A stretch of 61,265 bases of DNA from a virus. Taxonomy: Duplodnaviria > Caudoviricetes. The first letter of the stretch is position 1; every line of letters begins with the position of its first letter. The stretch lies in the IMG/VR virus record IMGVR_UViG_3300032164_003159, positions 1-61,265 of that record; one strand, given 5' to 3'. A model generated the notes under the pieces. That model made no database searches and was not told the DNA's origin. It saw only the letters and a program-made list of their open reading frames with translations. The translations under genes and the position numbers were made by a program. Positions 1 through 8,966 of the stretch are shown here, in pieces.

Positions 1-456
1 GCCCTTGTAGCCCTCCCACAAGCCCTCAGCGGCGTTGATCGTGTCAACCGGGTGCTCTGCCCTTTCCTTTTGTTCCTTGGCCAGCCACGCGGGCAGCGGC
101 ACGTTTTCGGTTTGCTCCAAGGACCATACGCTATAGTAACGAAACACGGGGATGCGATCCACGTCGCCGTGCGCATCGGTTTTGTTAAACGTGGTATAGA
201 ACGTGATCATTTGGCTCTTTTTGAATTCGGAATCCTTGATCCTTCCCCCGACCGCATGCGCCTGTTTGAGCGTGATCCATGGTCCAGGGCGACCCGACAA
301 AAGGGTCAAGAAAATGTTGATCCCCCTGTACTCGTTGCCCTTGTAGTTCTTGCAGGACGTGTTACTCGCATTCCACGGTTTGCACCAGGGCAACAGGTTA
401 TCATTCTCGATTGCCTTGACGATCTGGTCTGTGACGATCTGGAATACCTTTGACAT
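1..456 (-). CDS. ardC: ArdC-like antirestriction / ssDNA-binding protein (runs off the window edge)
   Basis: Not in the ORF track; translated by hand from ATG at 456: MSKVFQIVTDQIVKAIENDNLLPWCKPW...YRGINIF...WITLKQA...GG...FRYYSVWSLEQ, the ArdC/DUF1738 N-terminal pattern. AACCGGGAGG leader upstream. Confidence 0.85.
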   Translation of the reverse strand, partial: MSKVFQIVTDQIVKAIENDNLLPWCKPWNASNTSCKNYKGNEYRGINIFLTLLSGRPGPWITLKQAHAVGGRIKDSEFKKSQMITFYTTFNKTDAHGDVDRIPVFRYYSVWSLEQTENVPLPAWLAKEQKERAEHPVDTINAAEGLWEGYKG

Positions 457-461
457 TGTAA

Positions 462-523
462 CCTCCCGGTTTGGTTTTCGTTCTAATCTATAAACAAGGT
501 GCGTCGTGTTTGGTATTTGTCAA
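462..523 (-). repeat. 62-bp leader repeat, copy 1 (copy 2 at 1343-1404)
   Basis: cctcccggtttggttttcgttctaatctataaacaaggtg...tttgtcaa; 3 mismatches to the second copy. The two copies flank the sigma gene. Confidence 0.9.
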
Positions 524-527
524 GAGG

Positions 528-1337
528 TTATATTCTATCGTGCGCCATTTCCGCGATCCTGGCGCGAAGGGACACTTCGATCTGTTGAATCCGTTGCCTG
601 GAAACCCCGCCGAGCGTTTGACCGATAACGTCAAGGGTATCCGGTTCGGGGTTAGCGATCCTGCGATTGAAAACCACGGCCTCGCGGGGGTTAAGGGTCT
701 GCTCGAATTCGGCCATGATCCCTAACATCCAAGCTCCGTCAAGCTTGCTTGACGTGTACTCTTCCGGCGTCGGGCAGTCCGAAGCTAGCGCATCGTGTAA
801 GGTCCGCCCGTTGCCTAGCGCGCTGGAATCGAGGACCGGCGCATCAAGGGATCGCTCCGGGCTTGCCATACGCTCAATCATTTGCAGCACGTCCTTTTCT
901 CGCACCTTGCACCGATCCGCGATAGCGTCGGGGGCCGCGTCGCCGCGTTCTGCTAGAAGCTTGCTCGTCTCACGGTGCAAGCGGAAAAACAATTTCCGTT
1001 GGGCTTGCGTTGTGCCGATCTTCACCAGGGAATAATCCGCGATAGCACGGGCAAGAACGAAAGCGCGCGCCCACCACTGAGCATAGGTGCTAAACTTGAC
1101 GTTGCGCGCCGGGTCGAACCGATTCGCTGCTTCGATCACACCGGCCAGTCCCTCTTGAAATAAATCTTCGCGGTTGGTTCGGTCGTATCCGTACACGATT
1201 GCCAATTTCTGGCATAGCTTGATCTGCCCTTCGATCATGGTATCACGGGCGCGCTTGTCCGTTGCCATGTGCGCGCCTAGCTCTGCCTGCTCTTCGGTCG
1301 ATAGCACCTTGGAATTCTTGATAATGGATGCTAACAT
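528..1337 (-). CDS. Sigma-70 family sigma factor, RpoH/sigma32-like
   Basis: Region 2 DLFQEG..G...A..RFDP..VKFSTYA.WW; RpoH-box-like VKIGTTQAQRKLFFRL; region 4 TL..IG..LGGVSRQRIQQIE. Confidence 0.9.
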   Translation of the reverse strand: MLASIIKNSKVLSTEEQAELGAHMATDKRARDTMIEGQIKLCQKLAIVYGYDRTNREDLFQEGLAGVIEAANRFDPARNVKFSTYAQWWARAFVLARAIADYSLVKIGTTQAQRKLFFRLHRETSKLLAERGDAAPDAIADRCKVREKDVLQMIERMASPERSLDAPVLDSSALGNGRTLHDALASDCPTPEEYTSSKLDGAWMLGIMAEFEQTLNPREAVVFNRRIANPEPDTLDVIGQTLGGVSRQRIQQIEVSLRARIAEMAHDRI

Positions 1338-1342
1338 AGTAT

Positions 1343-1404
1343 CCTCCCGGTTTGGTTTTCGTTCTAATCTATAAACAAGGTGTGTCGTGTTTAGTCTTTG
1401 TCAA
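1343..1404 (-). repeat. 62-bp leader repeat, copy 2
   Basis: Near-identical to 462-523. Confidence 0.9.
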
Positions 1405-1484
1405 TAGGGGCAGATACATTTGTTTACGATCTGCCCCTGTAATATGCTATCCTTTAGATAATGAACATCGCAAAGAGATTAGAT

Positions 1485-1547
1485 TGAGGGCGCTCGCGGA
1501 ATCGAACCGCGATATTAGCAGGGGTTGAGCCCCAATCCAGCCCGCCC
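1485..1547 (-). ncRNA. tRNA-like element (T-arm present, D-arm absent)
   Basis: Minus strand GGGCG...GGGG-CTCAA-CCCC...CGCGG-TTCGATT-CCGCG-AG-CGCCC-TCA: canonical T-arm and a closing GGGCG/CGCCC stem. Confidence 0.45.
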
Positions 1548-1554
1548 ATAATGC

Positions 1555-1752
1555 CTAGTCCGGGATCAATTCGTTAACCGCGCTCTGAACGTCACGGGTT
1601 AACACGGCCAGCGCGATATTGTGCGGATCGGGGAGCGGGGTTTTCTTGCTGGCCGATACCAAAAACCACCCGCCAACCGGCTTGATCGTTACCGTGTAGC
1701 TTCCACCGGACGATTCAACCTCGAAAGTCTTGATTGCGCTGGAATTGATCAT
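1555..1752 (-). CDS. Hypothetical protein (start moved to MINSS)
   Basis: AACCGGGAGGCAAT leader immediately before ATG at 1752. Confidence 0.7.
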   Translation of the reverse strand: MINSSAIKTFEVESSGGSYTVTIKPVGGWFLVSASKKTPLPDPHNIALAVLTRDVQSAVNELIPD

Positions 1753-1860
1753 ATTGCCTCCCGGTTCTTTGCTTGTTACTATAAACAAGGTGGATCCGAT
1801 CTATAAAAATGTAAAGGGCCGACGCGAAAATAGATAAAGATATATTTCTACAAATTGCCC

Positions 1861-1902
1861 TTGACAAAACTAAGGATCGTGCTTAAATTGAATAGTAAGG
1901 GG
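1861..1902 (+). promoter_or_regulatory. Class B promoter-like repeat (TTGACA-N16-17-TAAATT...GTAAGGGG)
   Basis: Same motif at 3991, 7158, 10267, 11690 and 12909 (+), with related copies at about 6451-6492 and 2325-2365 (-). Confidence 0.7.
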
Positions 1903-1950
1903 ACTAGACTAAAACAGGCATTTGACAATCGGCGGATCGTACATATAATG

Positions 1951-1978
1951 AAAACAGGCGGACCGTTCGATCCGCCTG
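1951..1978 (-). terminator. Intrinsic terminator
   Basis: CAGGCGGA-TCGAACGG-TCCGCCTG followed by TTTT on the minus strand, downstream of ORF 2001-2225. Confidence 0.7.
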
Positions 1979-2000
1979 CACCACCTTTCCTGCCCGTCTG

Positions 2001-2225
2001 CTAGTAGTTCCCTGTATCCGTATTCATGAAGTCTTCGTCTTCCGCCGCCGCCTCGAACTCGGCGGAACAATGCTGGCCGCAGTCGGGGGTGTCGCAGTAA
2101 AGCGCGCCGGTCTTGTAACGGAATGCGCGCTCACCCTTCTTGATCTCGCACTCGCAACGGTGACACTTGCTGCCCGAATACTTGACTTTGATCCAATAAG
2201 GGTCGCCCGCGTATCTGGTTGACAT
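2001..2225 (-). CDS. Small Cys-rich (zinc-finger-like) protein
   Basis: CxxC and CxxxxC motifs; cassette promoter and leader upstream. Confidence 0.7.
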   Translation of the reverse strand: MSTRYAGDPYWIKVKYSGSKCHRCECEIKKGERAFRYKTGALYCDTPDCGQHCSAEFEAAAEDEDFMNTDTGNY

Positions 2226-2374
2226 GGTTTCCTCCCGGTTTGTGGTACAGATATATTATAAGGCCTGGTTTTTGTTTGTAAAGAAAAAAAGGAGAAAAAG
2301 TACAGTGTTGATTTATTCCGCTTCGCCAACATTTAGAAATTTGTGCATTATTTCTAAATTGTCAAGACAATATC

Positions 2375-2453
2375 AAAAATAAAATGGGCCTGCCGCCTAG
2401 TTGCCTTGGTTCAACCGGGAGGAAGAATACCAAGGTACTTTTGCGGCAAGCCC
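2375..2453 (-). ncRNA. Long 3' hairpin whose loop shows CCUCCCGGUU (antisense to the shared leader)
   Basis: GGGCTTGCCGC..CCTTGGT-ATTCTT-CCTCCCGGTT-GA-ACCAAGG..GCGGCAGGCCC followed by ATTTTATTTTT. Confidence 0.55.
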
Positions 2454-2458
2454 TATCG

Positions 2459-2695
2459 TTATACGATCTGCCAGTGTCCATCCTTGCGTATCTTCATCCC
2501 CCAGGTGCAGGGGTAGGTAATCTTTCCGTCCTTCCAGTACTCTTCCACGATTGCCATTGTCTCGCCCGTAACTGTCCCGGCGTCTAGCGCATTCATCGCC
2601 ACCCGTTCAAGGTTGGCTTTCAATTCGGTCACTGACACGCCGTTGGGATCAATTGCCACGTCAAAGATCAGTCGCAGGTGCTTTGTTTTGCTCAT
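2459..2695 (-). CDS. Hypothetical protein
   Basis: AAGGAG RBS; coupled to the upstream ORF. Confidence 0.7.
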   Translation of the reverse strand: MSKTKHLRLIFDVAIDPNGVSVTELKANLERVAMNALDAGTVTGETMAIVEEYWKDGKITYPCTWGMKIRKDGHWQIV

Positions 2696-2697
2696 AG

Positions 2698-3015
2698 TTA
2701 GTTCTCCTTGATCACATCGCTGAACTTCGCGGGCTTGAAGTAAAGATCCCGTTCGATTCCGATTCCCATGTGCTTGACACTCTCAAGCTCGGCCATGCTA
2801 AACTCGCCCCACTCGTCACAGCCGGGGCCTAGTCCGCAAACGTAGCCGAAGAAAATCCGCTCTTCCGGGTTGTACTCGGCCCCGTACCACGTCATGCAAG
2901 AGTAAGGATGAAAGAACTTGACTACCAGAACCTTGTCGGCCAGCTTGACTTCTTCGGTTGAATACAGCTTCGGAAGTTTGGCCAGGATCTCTTTGGTAAG
3001 CAGCTTCATCGGCAT
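2698..3015 (-). CDS. DUF2958-like protein
   Basis: LLTKE...KLPKLY...VVKFFHP...TWY..E...FFGYV...EWGEFS..ELE...IERDLYF pattern. Confidence 0.75.
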   Translation of the reverse strand: MPMKLLTKEILAKLPKLYSTEEVKLADKVLVVKFFHPYSCMTWYGAEYNPEERIFFGYVCGLGPGCDEWGEFSMAELESVKHMGIGIERDLYFKPAKFSDVIKEN

Positions 3016-3065
3016 GGTTTGTTCCTCCCGGTTACAATACTATTATAGGCACGGTGCGCAGGATG

Positions 3066-3428
3066 TCAAGGAAGCCGTTCGAGGGTGTCGATCAGAATAC
3101 GGGCGGCGGTGAAATCGTTGCCCGCGACGGCCTCGCTTAAGCACACCTTCAAGCTCATGCGCAGCTTGTCTCGGTTCCCCCCGCCTTCTACCTTTAGGAA
3201 GGTATCGAAGGCTGCCATCGGTTGGAAGTTCGCATCGGGGTTGTTATGCTCGAAGATTACCCAACCGCTCGCCCGCAGACTGTCAATGATGTCCTTAGCA
3301 TCCTTCAGTCCGAAGCCAACGGATTCGCGCAGCGCCTTGATCAACTTGATCATAGGCAGTCCGGGATGATCCGGGTCGAAAAAGATTTGATCCTGTAGCT
3401 TAGTCAACGACAATTGCACTGTGCTCAT
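3066..3428 (-). CDS. Protein with a ribosomal L7/L12 C-terminal-like motif
   Basis: IKLIKALRESVGFGLKDAKDIID resembles KxxVIKxVRxxTGLGLKEAKxxVE; start at MSTVQ after GGAGG. Confidence 0.6.
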   Translation of the reverse strand: MSTVQLSLTKLQDQIFFDPDHPGLPMIKLIKALRESVGFGLKDAKDIIDSLRASGWVIFEHNNPDANFQPMAAFDTFLKVEGGGNRDKLRMSLKVCLSEAVAGNDFTAARILIDTLERLP

Positions 3429-3442
3429 GGTAGCCTCCGTAG

Positions 3443-3649
3443 TTATATTGGCCGGATCATTGTCGGGGTTGCCTTGCACCGAAGCAGGGCACGACCGATC
3501 AGGGTGATAAAGGTATTTCCGTTCTTGTTGCGCTTGATCGCTCCGATATCCCAGAGCACCGCATGGTCCGCCCGAGAGATCGCCGCGATGTCAAGCTTGT
3601 TATCCATCACATCGCGCAGCACTTTGCGGGCATTGTCCAACGTATTCAT
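3443..3649 (-). CDS. Hypothetical protein
   Basis: Cassette promoter and AACCGGGAGG leader. Confidence 0.7.
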   Translation of the reverse strand: MNTLDNARKVLRDVMDNKLDIAAISRADHAVLWDIGAIKRNKNGNTFITLIGRALLRCKATPTMIRPI

Positions 3650-3696
3650 GATTGCCTCCCGGTTACAAATACATTATATGTATTATCTTTAGTTTG

Positions 3697-3927
3697 TCAA
3701 GCGTCCTCATCTTCTAGCAGGAAAGGATCGATATCAGCCTCGGTCAGCTTCGGATCGGGCGTCACGACTAGCACGGCATCGAATTCTTCCGCGCTCTTTC
3801 GCAGGGTAAGCTCGGTAAGATCTTCGTAGAAGCACGCTTTCGCCCGGTGAATCATACCCGGCTTATCCAGGTCAACCGTATACTTGATTCCCAGCGTGAT
3901 CGTTCCCACGCGCCTTGACTTTGCCAT
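3697..3927 (-). CDS. Hypothetical protein (start MAKSRR); apparent paralog of 30391-30612
   Basis: Leader before ATG at 3927; shares G.I...I.Y.V.LD ... DPK..E.DI with 30391-30612. Confidence 0.7.
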   Translation of the reverse strand: MAKSRRVGTITLGIKYTVDLDKPGMIHRAKACFYEDLTELTLRKSAEEFDAVLVVTPDPKLTEADIDPFLLEDEDA

Positions 3928-4023
3928 GGTAGCCTCCCGGTTAGATATATTATAAGCACTATTGTAAACTTGTAAAGAGCACATTATCTCTTGACAAAAA
4001 CCAGTTAGTGCTTAAATTACTAT
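3925..4023. repeat. About 99-bp back-to-back promoter repeat, copy 1 (copy 2 at 11624-11722)
   Basis: catggtagcctcccggttagatatattataagca...cttgtaaagag.acattatctcttgacaaaaaccagttagtgcttaaattactat, near-identical at both sites. Confidence 0.9.
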
Positions 4024-4061
4024 AGTAAGAGGACCGACCTTTTAACTAACCAGCACCAACG

Positions 4062-4086
4062 AAAACGCCGCCCCGAAGGGCGGCGT
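4062..4086 (-). terminator. Intrinsic terminator
   Basis: ACGCCGCCC-TTCG-GGGCGGCGT followed by TTT on the minus strand. Confidence 0.8.
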
Positions 4087-4201
4087 CAATCAATCCCAAT
4101 CATTACATGTTCGCAAGGGTAAACAATCGAGTCAAGGATGCGAGCATTTAGTTAGCACATTGGTAATTGTCACCGCCTTTCTAGTCTAGCTGTCCATACG
4201 A

Positions 4202-4306
4202 TGACGGGCACACTTGCTAACTCACTGCCCGGCCTTGCCAGGAATACCTTACGCTCGCCCTGCAAGCTTCGCGGTCCGGGGGTGTAGTCCGTCCGCGTTC
4301 CCGTCA
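4202..4306 (-). ncRNA. Candidate structured ncRNA (family member 1)
   Basis: Starts just after TTGACA-N16-TATAAT with no RBS; ends TGACGGGAACGC/GTGTGCCCGTCA pair; shares CGGACTACA with 11759-11916. Confidence 0.55.
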
Positions 4307-4312
4307 AGTTTA

Positions 4313-6343
4313 TTATAAGGTTGATCCGTCGGTTGTCAATCCCTTGACCGCCGCGATCACCGCTTCCCCAATCTGCCCGTGGTACTTTGGAAGGATGCGC
4401 CGGGCTAACCAGCATTCACCGTCCGTCAAATCGCGGTTCATAGACTTAGCTGCAAGCTGCCGGCCGATCCGCGTATCCATTCGGTTGAAGCCCTCCCCAT
4501 CCTGTTTATGCGCTCCATCGCACATGCCAGCAAGTATCTGTAAACCAGTCGCACAAGCCTCGCGCTGTGCCGCAGTCGCCTTCGGATACTTGGAAGCGGG
4601 CATGGGAAGGGTTGCCGGGTCCGCGTTGACTGTAGCCGGCGTGGGCAGCGCCCGTTGTGTATCTAGCGCTTGTTCGATAATGTATTGCTTCCAGACCAGG
4701 ATATGGGCCAGCTTAGCATCGAGGGAACCGTCAACAACTAGGTGTTGAATCGTAACGTTATCGTGCTGGCCGATCCTGTGACAACGATCTTCCGCTTGCG
4801 TCACGTTACCGGGAACCCAATCAAGTTCAGCGAAAACAACGTGCGACGCGGCGGTCAACGTGATTCCAACCCCGGCCGCTTGAATCGAGCCGATGAAAAC
4901 CTTGACGCGCGGGTCGCTCTGGAATCGATCAACCGCGCTTTGGCGATCTTCCGGAGTATTCTCCCCGGTCAAGACAACCGCGCTCGCACCATAATGTTCG
5001 GTTAGTGCGGATATGACATCGTGGTGGTGCGCAAAAATCACCAGCTTATCCACGCCGCCCTCTAGCACTTCGTCACAATGCTCGATCACGGCGGGCACCT
5101 TGGCAACGGCTAACCTGTGCCGGGCCGCACTCATTTCCGAGAATGCGATCTTGATATGTGAGTCTAGCCGGGCAACCGCCGCGCTATAAGCTTCCACGTC
5201 GCCCGATGCGAGGGCAAGTTCAGCGTCCGCGTGCGCTTCGTCCAGGTTGCCTTCCCATTCCGAGAACTCTAATTGCTCTGCCTTGACATCATTGGCCAGG
5301 CCGTTCTGGCTTAACAGGATCACGCTTCGAGTCTTCGGGGGAAGTTCCTTCAATACGTCCACCTTCAACCGGCGGACCATGATCGAAGCGCGCAAGCGGG
5401 TTTGTAATTCGTCTAGGTTGGATGCGCCTGTGAAATCCCAACCATACTTGGTTTGAAAAGCGGAACAATACCGCTTGGCAAAGGCAAAGAAATTGCCAAA
5501 CATTTTGGGAGCGATTGCGCCGGCTATCGGTTGCAGTTCCACCGTCCTGTTAAGGATCGGTGTGCCGGTCAACATCAGCTTGTTTGTGGCCTTGGAAATC
5601 AGACCAGGCACGCTTCCCTTTGCCTTCCGGTCGTAATAGCCTAGCACTCGGCGGGTCCGTTGCGCCTCGGGATTCTTTACCTTGTGGCATTCATCGATCA
5701 CGATCAAATCCCACTGGCGCGCCATCAGCGAATCAAAAACGTGGTTCTTAACCCGGTCGTAGTTCACGATCACAATGTTCGCTGTGCTAACGTCCACCTC
5801 GTTGGAATCTACCAGGGCGAAGGTTAGCGCCTTATCGGTCAACCATTTTTGCGCTTCCCGTAGCCAATTCAGCCGGAGGGACGCGGGCACAATGATCAGA
5901 ATGTTCTTATAGCCTTTCAGGTTGATCAAGCCAAGCGCCTGGATGGTCTTGCCAAGGCCCATTTCATCCGCGATCAACGTACCATCGCGCTCCGCCGCGT
6001 AGGCAATCCCGGCCTTCTGGAATCCGAGATAAGCTAGACCATCGGGCACAGGGATATTGATCTCAGCGTCCGCCGCCCGCGATCCGTTCAAGCTCTTGAT
6101 GGTTGGCTGTAGGCTTTCCTTGGTTGCTTCGTCGGTGGAATACTGCACTAGCCTTGCAGCGGACTCGGCCTTGAACGTCCACCACTTCATCCGCACGCCG
6201 GCCGCACAAGCCTTGCAACCCTGGAACCTGCAACCGCCCGGCTGTTGATGCCACCAGAACCCGGCGGCTTTCAGCGTATCCTTATCAGAGAACGCGGATT
6301 CGGCTATCCAGATCATGTGCTCACTGTTGAAGCTTATCCGCAT
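4313..6343 (-). CDS. SNF2/SWI2 (SMARCAL1/HARP-like) helicase/annealing ATPase
   Basis: IADEMGLGKT, DECH, LTGTP, GVGITLTAA, QAEDRCHRIGQ. Confidence 0.93.
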   Translation of the reverse strand: MRISFNSEHMIWIAESAFSDKDTLKAAGFWWHQQPGGCRFQGCKACAAGVRMKWWTFKAESAARLVQYSTDEATKESLQPTIKSLNGSRAADAEINIPVPDGLAYLGFQKAGIAYAAERDGTLIADEMGLGKTIQALGLINLKGYKNILIIVPASLRLNWLREAQKWLTDKALTFALVDSNEVDVSTANIVIVNYDRVKNHVFDSLMARQWDLIVIDECHKVKNPEAQRTRRVLGYYDRKAKGSVPGLISKATNKLMLTGTPILNRTVELQPIAGAIAPKMFGNFFAFAKRYCSAFQTKYGWDFTGASNLDELQTRLRASIMVRRLKVDVLKELPPKTRSVILLSQNGLANDVKAEQLEFSEWEGNLDEAHADAELALASGDVEAYSAAVARLDSHIKIAFSEMSAARHRLAVAKVPAVIEHCDEVLEGGVDKLVIFAHHHDVISALTEHYGASAVVLTGENTPEDRQSAVDRFQSDPRVKVFIGSIQAAGVGITLTAASHVVFAELDWVPGNVTQAEDRCHRIGQHDNVTIQHLVVDGSLDAKLAHILVWKQYIIEQALDTQRALPTPATVNADPATLPMPASKYPKATAAQREACATGLQILAGMCDGAHKQDGEGFNRMDTRIGRQLAAKSMNRDLTDGECWLARRILPKYHGQIGEAVIAAVKGLTTDGSTL

Positions 6344-6564
6344 GGGTGCCTCCCGGTCAGATACATTATGTGTATGATGTTTAGCTTGTCAAGAATGTAA
6401 ACGGTTTGTTGACGTGTAAACGAAAGGGTTACACCTGTTTAGCAACCGCTCCCCCAACATTTATAATTTAAGCACGATTGCATGTTTGTCAAGGCATTAT
6501 TTCAAATTAAATAGAAATAGTGGGACCGGGCGCTGTACCCCGATCCCACCGGGAGGAGCTTGTA

Positions 6565-7002
6565 CTAGGCCGGCTGCACCGTGGAAGCGCCCACCAGTTC
6601 CATGCTCAAATCGGTCGTCACCTTGCCCGAGCAATTGACGATCCGCTCGGCCACCTTCTTGACCTTGGCGATCCGGTTTTCCACCGACCGCTTCAGATCG
6701 TCGGCCAACTCCGCCTGTGCCTCGGGATTGTCCATGGCGGCGATGAATTCCTCCGTCACCACGTTCTGGGTTTCCTTGTTCAGCTTGTTGGCGAACAGGC
6801 AGGCGAGAAGCTTCCAATCCACCGTGATCTTGTCGCTCACCGTCTGGGTGTAGTCCTCGCCCTTCTTGATCAGGCCGAGGATGCGGACGAGCAGATCGAT
6901 CTTGTACTCGCCCGGCGCGACCTCTTTGCTCGCCGCGCTCGCCGCCTTGTCCTTCACCACCTTTGCGACTGCCAGGATTGCCTCGTTCGGGAACGTTTTC
7001 AT
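6565..7002 (-). CDS. Hypothetical protein, strongly GC3-biased
   Basis: Own promoter, variant leader AACCGGAGGAG, followed by a hairpin at 6520-6549. Confidence 0.8.
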   Translation of the reverse strand: MKTFPNEAILAVAKVVKDKAASAASKEVAPGEYKIDLLVRILGLIKKGEDYTQTVSDKITVDWKLLACLFANKLNKETQNVVTEEFIAAMDNPEAQAELADDLKRSVENRIAKVKKVAERIVNCSGKVTTDLSMELVGASTVQPA

Positions 7003-7293
7003 TTGCTCTCCTCCGGTTTGGGTTTGTCCTACCCTTTCATTATAAGCACTAGCCCTGACATGTCAACCGCGCTTGTGTTATTTTCATCGGCGCGCTTGCA
7101 CATATATTATAGATACTTGCACGAAAAAGTAAAGCAATAAAAAGCTTGATTCTGCCCTTGACAAGTTTAGTTTAGTGCTTAAATTACTATGTAAGGGGAG
7201 CGTGTGAAAACTAGGTGCTTTTCGGGGCTTTACTTAGCGCCCGCTCGTTCTTATAATGTATACGAAGGATTGCGCGGTATATACTTTGGCGGG

Positions 7294-7665
7294 TTAGCGC
7301 TTCTCGGAAATGTGTCCTTGTGGCTTGTTATGCAAGAACGCCTCTGCGGAACTCCAGTAGGTATTGCACGCAGCGCAGGCGATATGGATCAGATCCTCGT
7401 CGTAGCAATCCTCCGTCTCAAGCCGCGTATCTATACCATCCTCGTCGATGTTTGTCACAATGTAGTCCACATGCTTGTCGAAGGCGGCCCAGATAGTTCC
7501 ACGCGCCCCGCACCTCGTACACTTTAGTGGGGTAACTGCGCAGAATGGACACTTCTCCGAAGGTAACCATTTCTGGTTAGGCTTCTTTTCCGGATAGATA
7601 ATCTCACGCTTGCACTCCTTGCACCTGACCGTATACTTGTCCTCGGTTTCTCTGCGCTGACTCAT
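7294..7665 (-). CDS. Multi-CxxC zinc-binding protein
   Basis: Four CxxC motifs; cassette leader. Confidence 0.7.
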   Translation of the reverse strand: MSQRRETEDKYTVRCKECKREIIYPEKKPNQKWLPSEKCPFCAVTPLKCTRCGARGTIWAAFDKHVDYIVTNIDEDGIDTRLETEDCYDEDLIHIACAACNTYWSSAEAFLHNKPQGHISEKR

Positions 7666-7731
7666 TTTCCACCTCCCGGTTATTTACATTATAAATACGT
7701 TTTGGTTTTTGTAAAGCCGCTTAGGTACGTA

Positions 7732-7863
7732 TGCGCTCGGAGCCGCTTTGCCGCCTGTTCCCCTTGCCCTTTTTGCGGCAGGCGGTCTTATTAGCCTCCC
7801 GCTTGTGATCCCTGTGCCTGCCTGCTTTGCGGCAGAGTCCGGGGATCGCGTAGGGGTTGCGCA
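7732..7863 (-). ncRNA. Candidate multi-stem intergenic RNA
   Basis: TGCGC/GCGCA closing stem; GATCCC/GGGATC, CTGCC/GGCAG and CCGCCTG/CAGGCGG stems; TGCCGCAAA twice. Confidence 0.35.
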
Positions 7864-7865
7864 CT

Positions 7866-8102
7866 TTACTCCGTTTTCTCATTCAACACCTTCGGATCTT
7901 TCCTCGGCCACTTCCCCTGCAACTGCCCGCATTCCAGGCAGACCTTGATCTCTACGTAATCCCCGAAGCCCTCGTCACCGATCCCGCAGTCGGTCGGCAC
8001 GTAGCCGTCGTGCTCCTTGTCACCCATCCGAACGAAGCACAGGTCAGAGCACTTCGCGGTCACGTCCAGCACTCTCTCACTCTTGCATTTCTGACAGGTC
8101 AT
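7866..8102 (-). CDS. Small zinc-ribbon protein
   Basis: CxxC motifs; cassette leader. Confidence 0.7.
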   Translation of the reverse strand: MTCQKCKSERVLDVTAKCSDLCFVRMGDKEHDGYVPTDCGIGDEGFGDYVEIKVCLECGQLQGKWPRKDPKVLNEKTE

Positions 8103-8160
8103 AGTATCCTCCCGGTTAGTGTTACAGAGATATTATAGGGCTAATGTTTAGTTTGTCAAG

Positions 8161-8718
8161 TTATCGCGGTGCTTTTATAACGCATGCGCACGCTTTGCCA
8201 AACTTCTGCGGAGGAAAACGATAGGAGTCCCACAGGTTGGGCAATCCTTTGATTAGGTAGGAAAGCTGGGCGTAGTCCAGCCCGCACTGAAACGTGCCGG
8301 TGCCTGTCAGGAAACCATCGGAGCATGCCTTCCACGGTTTACCATCGCGCTCGGCTCTGCGAGCGTGCTGCGAGACACACGAGATCGGGCGGGTGGCGAT
8401 GATTAGCCGGCCACCCGGCTTGACATGGGACCATGCCCGCCGCAACACGACGCTGCGGTCAACCGGGCGCAGGACGTTCAACACGTAGAACATTAGGACG
8501 GTGGGAAATGTTCCGCGAGGGAAGGCAGTGTAAACTGGATTGTTAGGGTCGTATCCAATTGCAGGAAATCCCCCGTAATTCAGCGTGTCAACATCCATGC
8601 CACGGCCACAACCGAAGTCCAGGATCGGGCTGTTGAGTAGCACAGGATTGGAAAGAAGTCCTTGCAGCGGCTTGCTCGGCTTCGTGCGCGCCATGGCCGT
8701 TAGCTTACTCTTGTCCAT
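8161..8718 (-). CDS. Class I SAM-dependent methyltransferase-like protein
   Basis: ILDFGCGRG.D, GYDP, YVLNV, KPGG.L.I. Confidence 0.8.
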   Translation of the reverse strand: MDKSKLTAMARTKPSKPLQGLLSNPVLLNSPILDFGCGRGMDVDTLNYGGFPAIGYDPNNPVYTAFPRGTFPTVLMFYVLNVLRPVDRSVVLRRAWSHVKPGGRLIIATRPISCVSQHARRAERDGKPWKACSDGFLTGTGTFQCGLDYAQLSYLIKGLPNLWDSYRFPPQKFGKACACVIKAPR

Positions 8719-8765
8719 GATCGCCTCCCGGTTACAAATACATTATGTGTATGATCTTTAGTTTG

Positions 8766-8966
8766 TCAAGCTTGCCCGAACAGTGTAACCGGACCGCACA
8801 GGATGGTCTTATAGTAGAAATCCAACGTCCGCCCGCCTAGGATCGCCGTTCGCTCTGACTCGAATCCTTTTGAAAACCCGTAGTAGTTCACTCGAAGGAT
8901 CAACGATGCAAGCATTACTTCTTGCTGGGTTGGTTCCGAAATCGGCTTTAGCTCTTGTGCGTACAT
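8766..8966 (-). CDS. Hypothetical protein (start MYAQEL)
   Basis: AAGGAG RBS and TTTACA...TATAAT promoter. Confidence 0.6.
   Translation of the reverse strand: MYAQELKPISEPTQQEVMLASLILRVNYYGFSKGFESERTAILGGRTLDFYYKTILCGPVTLFGQA

Noticed and set aside
4202-4306. Twister or twister-sister ribozyme (GCAAGGCC)
   Set aside because: Other conserved core segments were not found; left as an unknown ncRNA.
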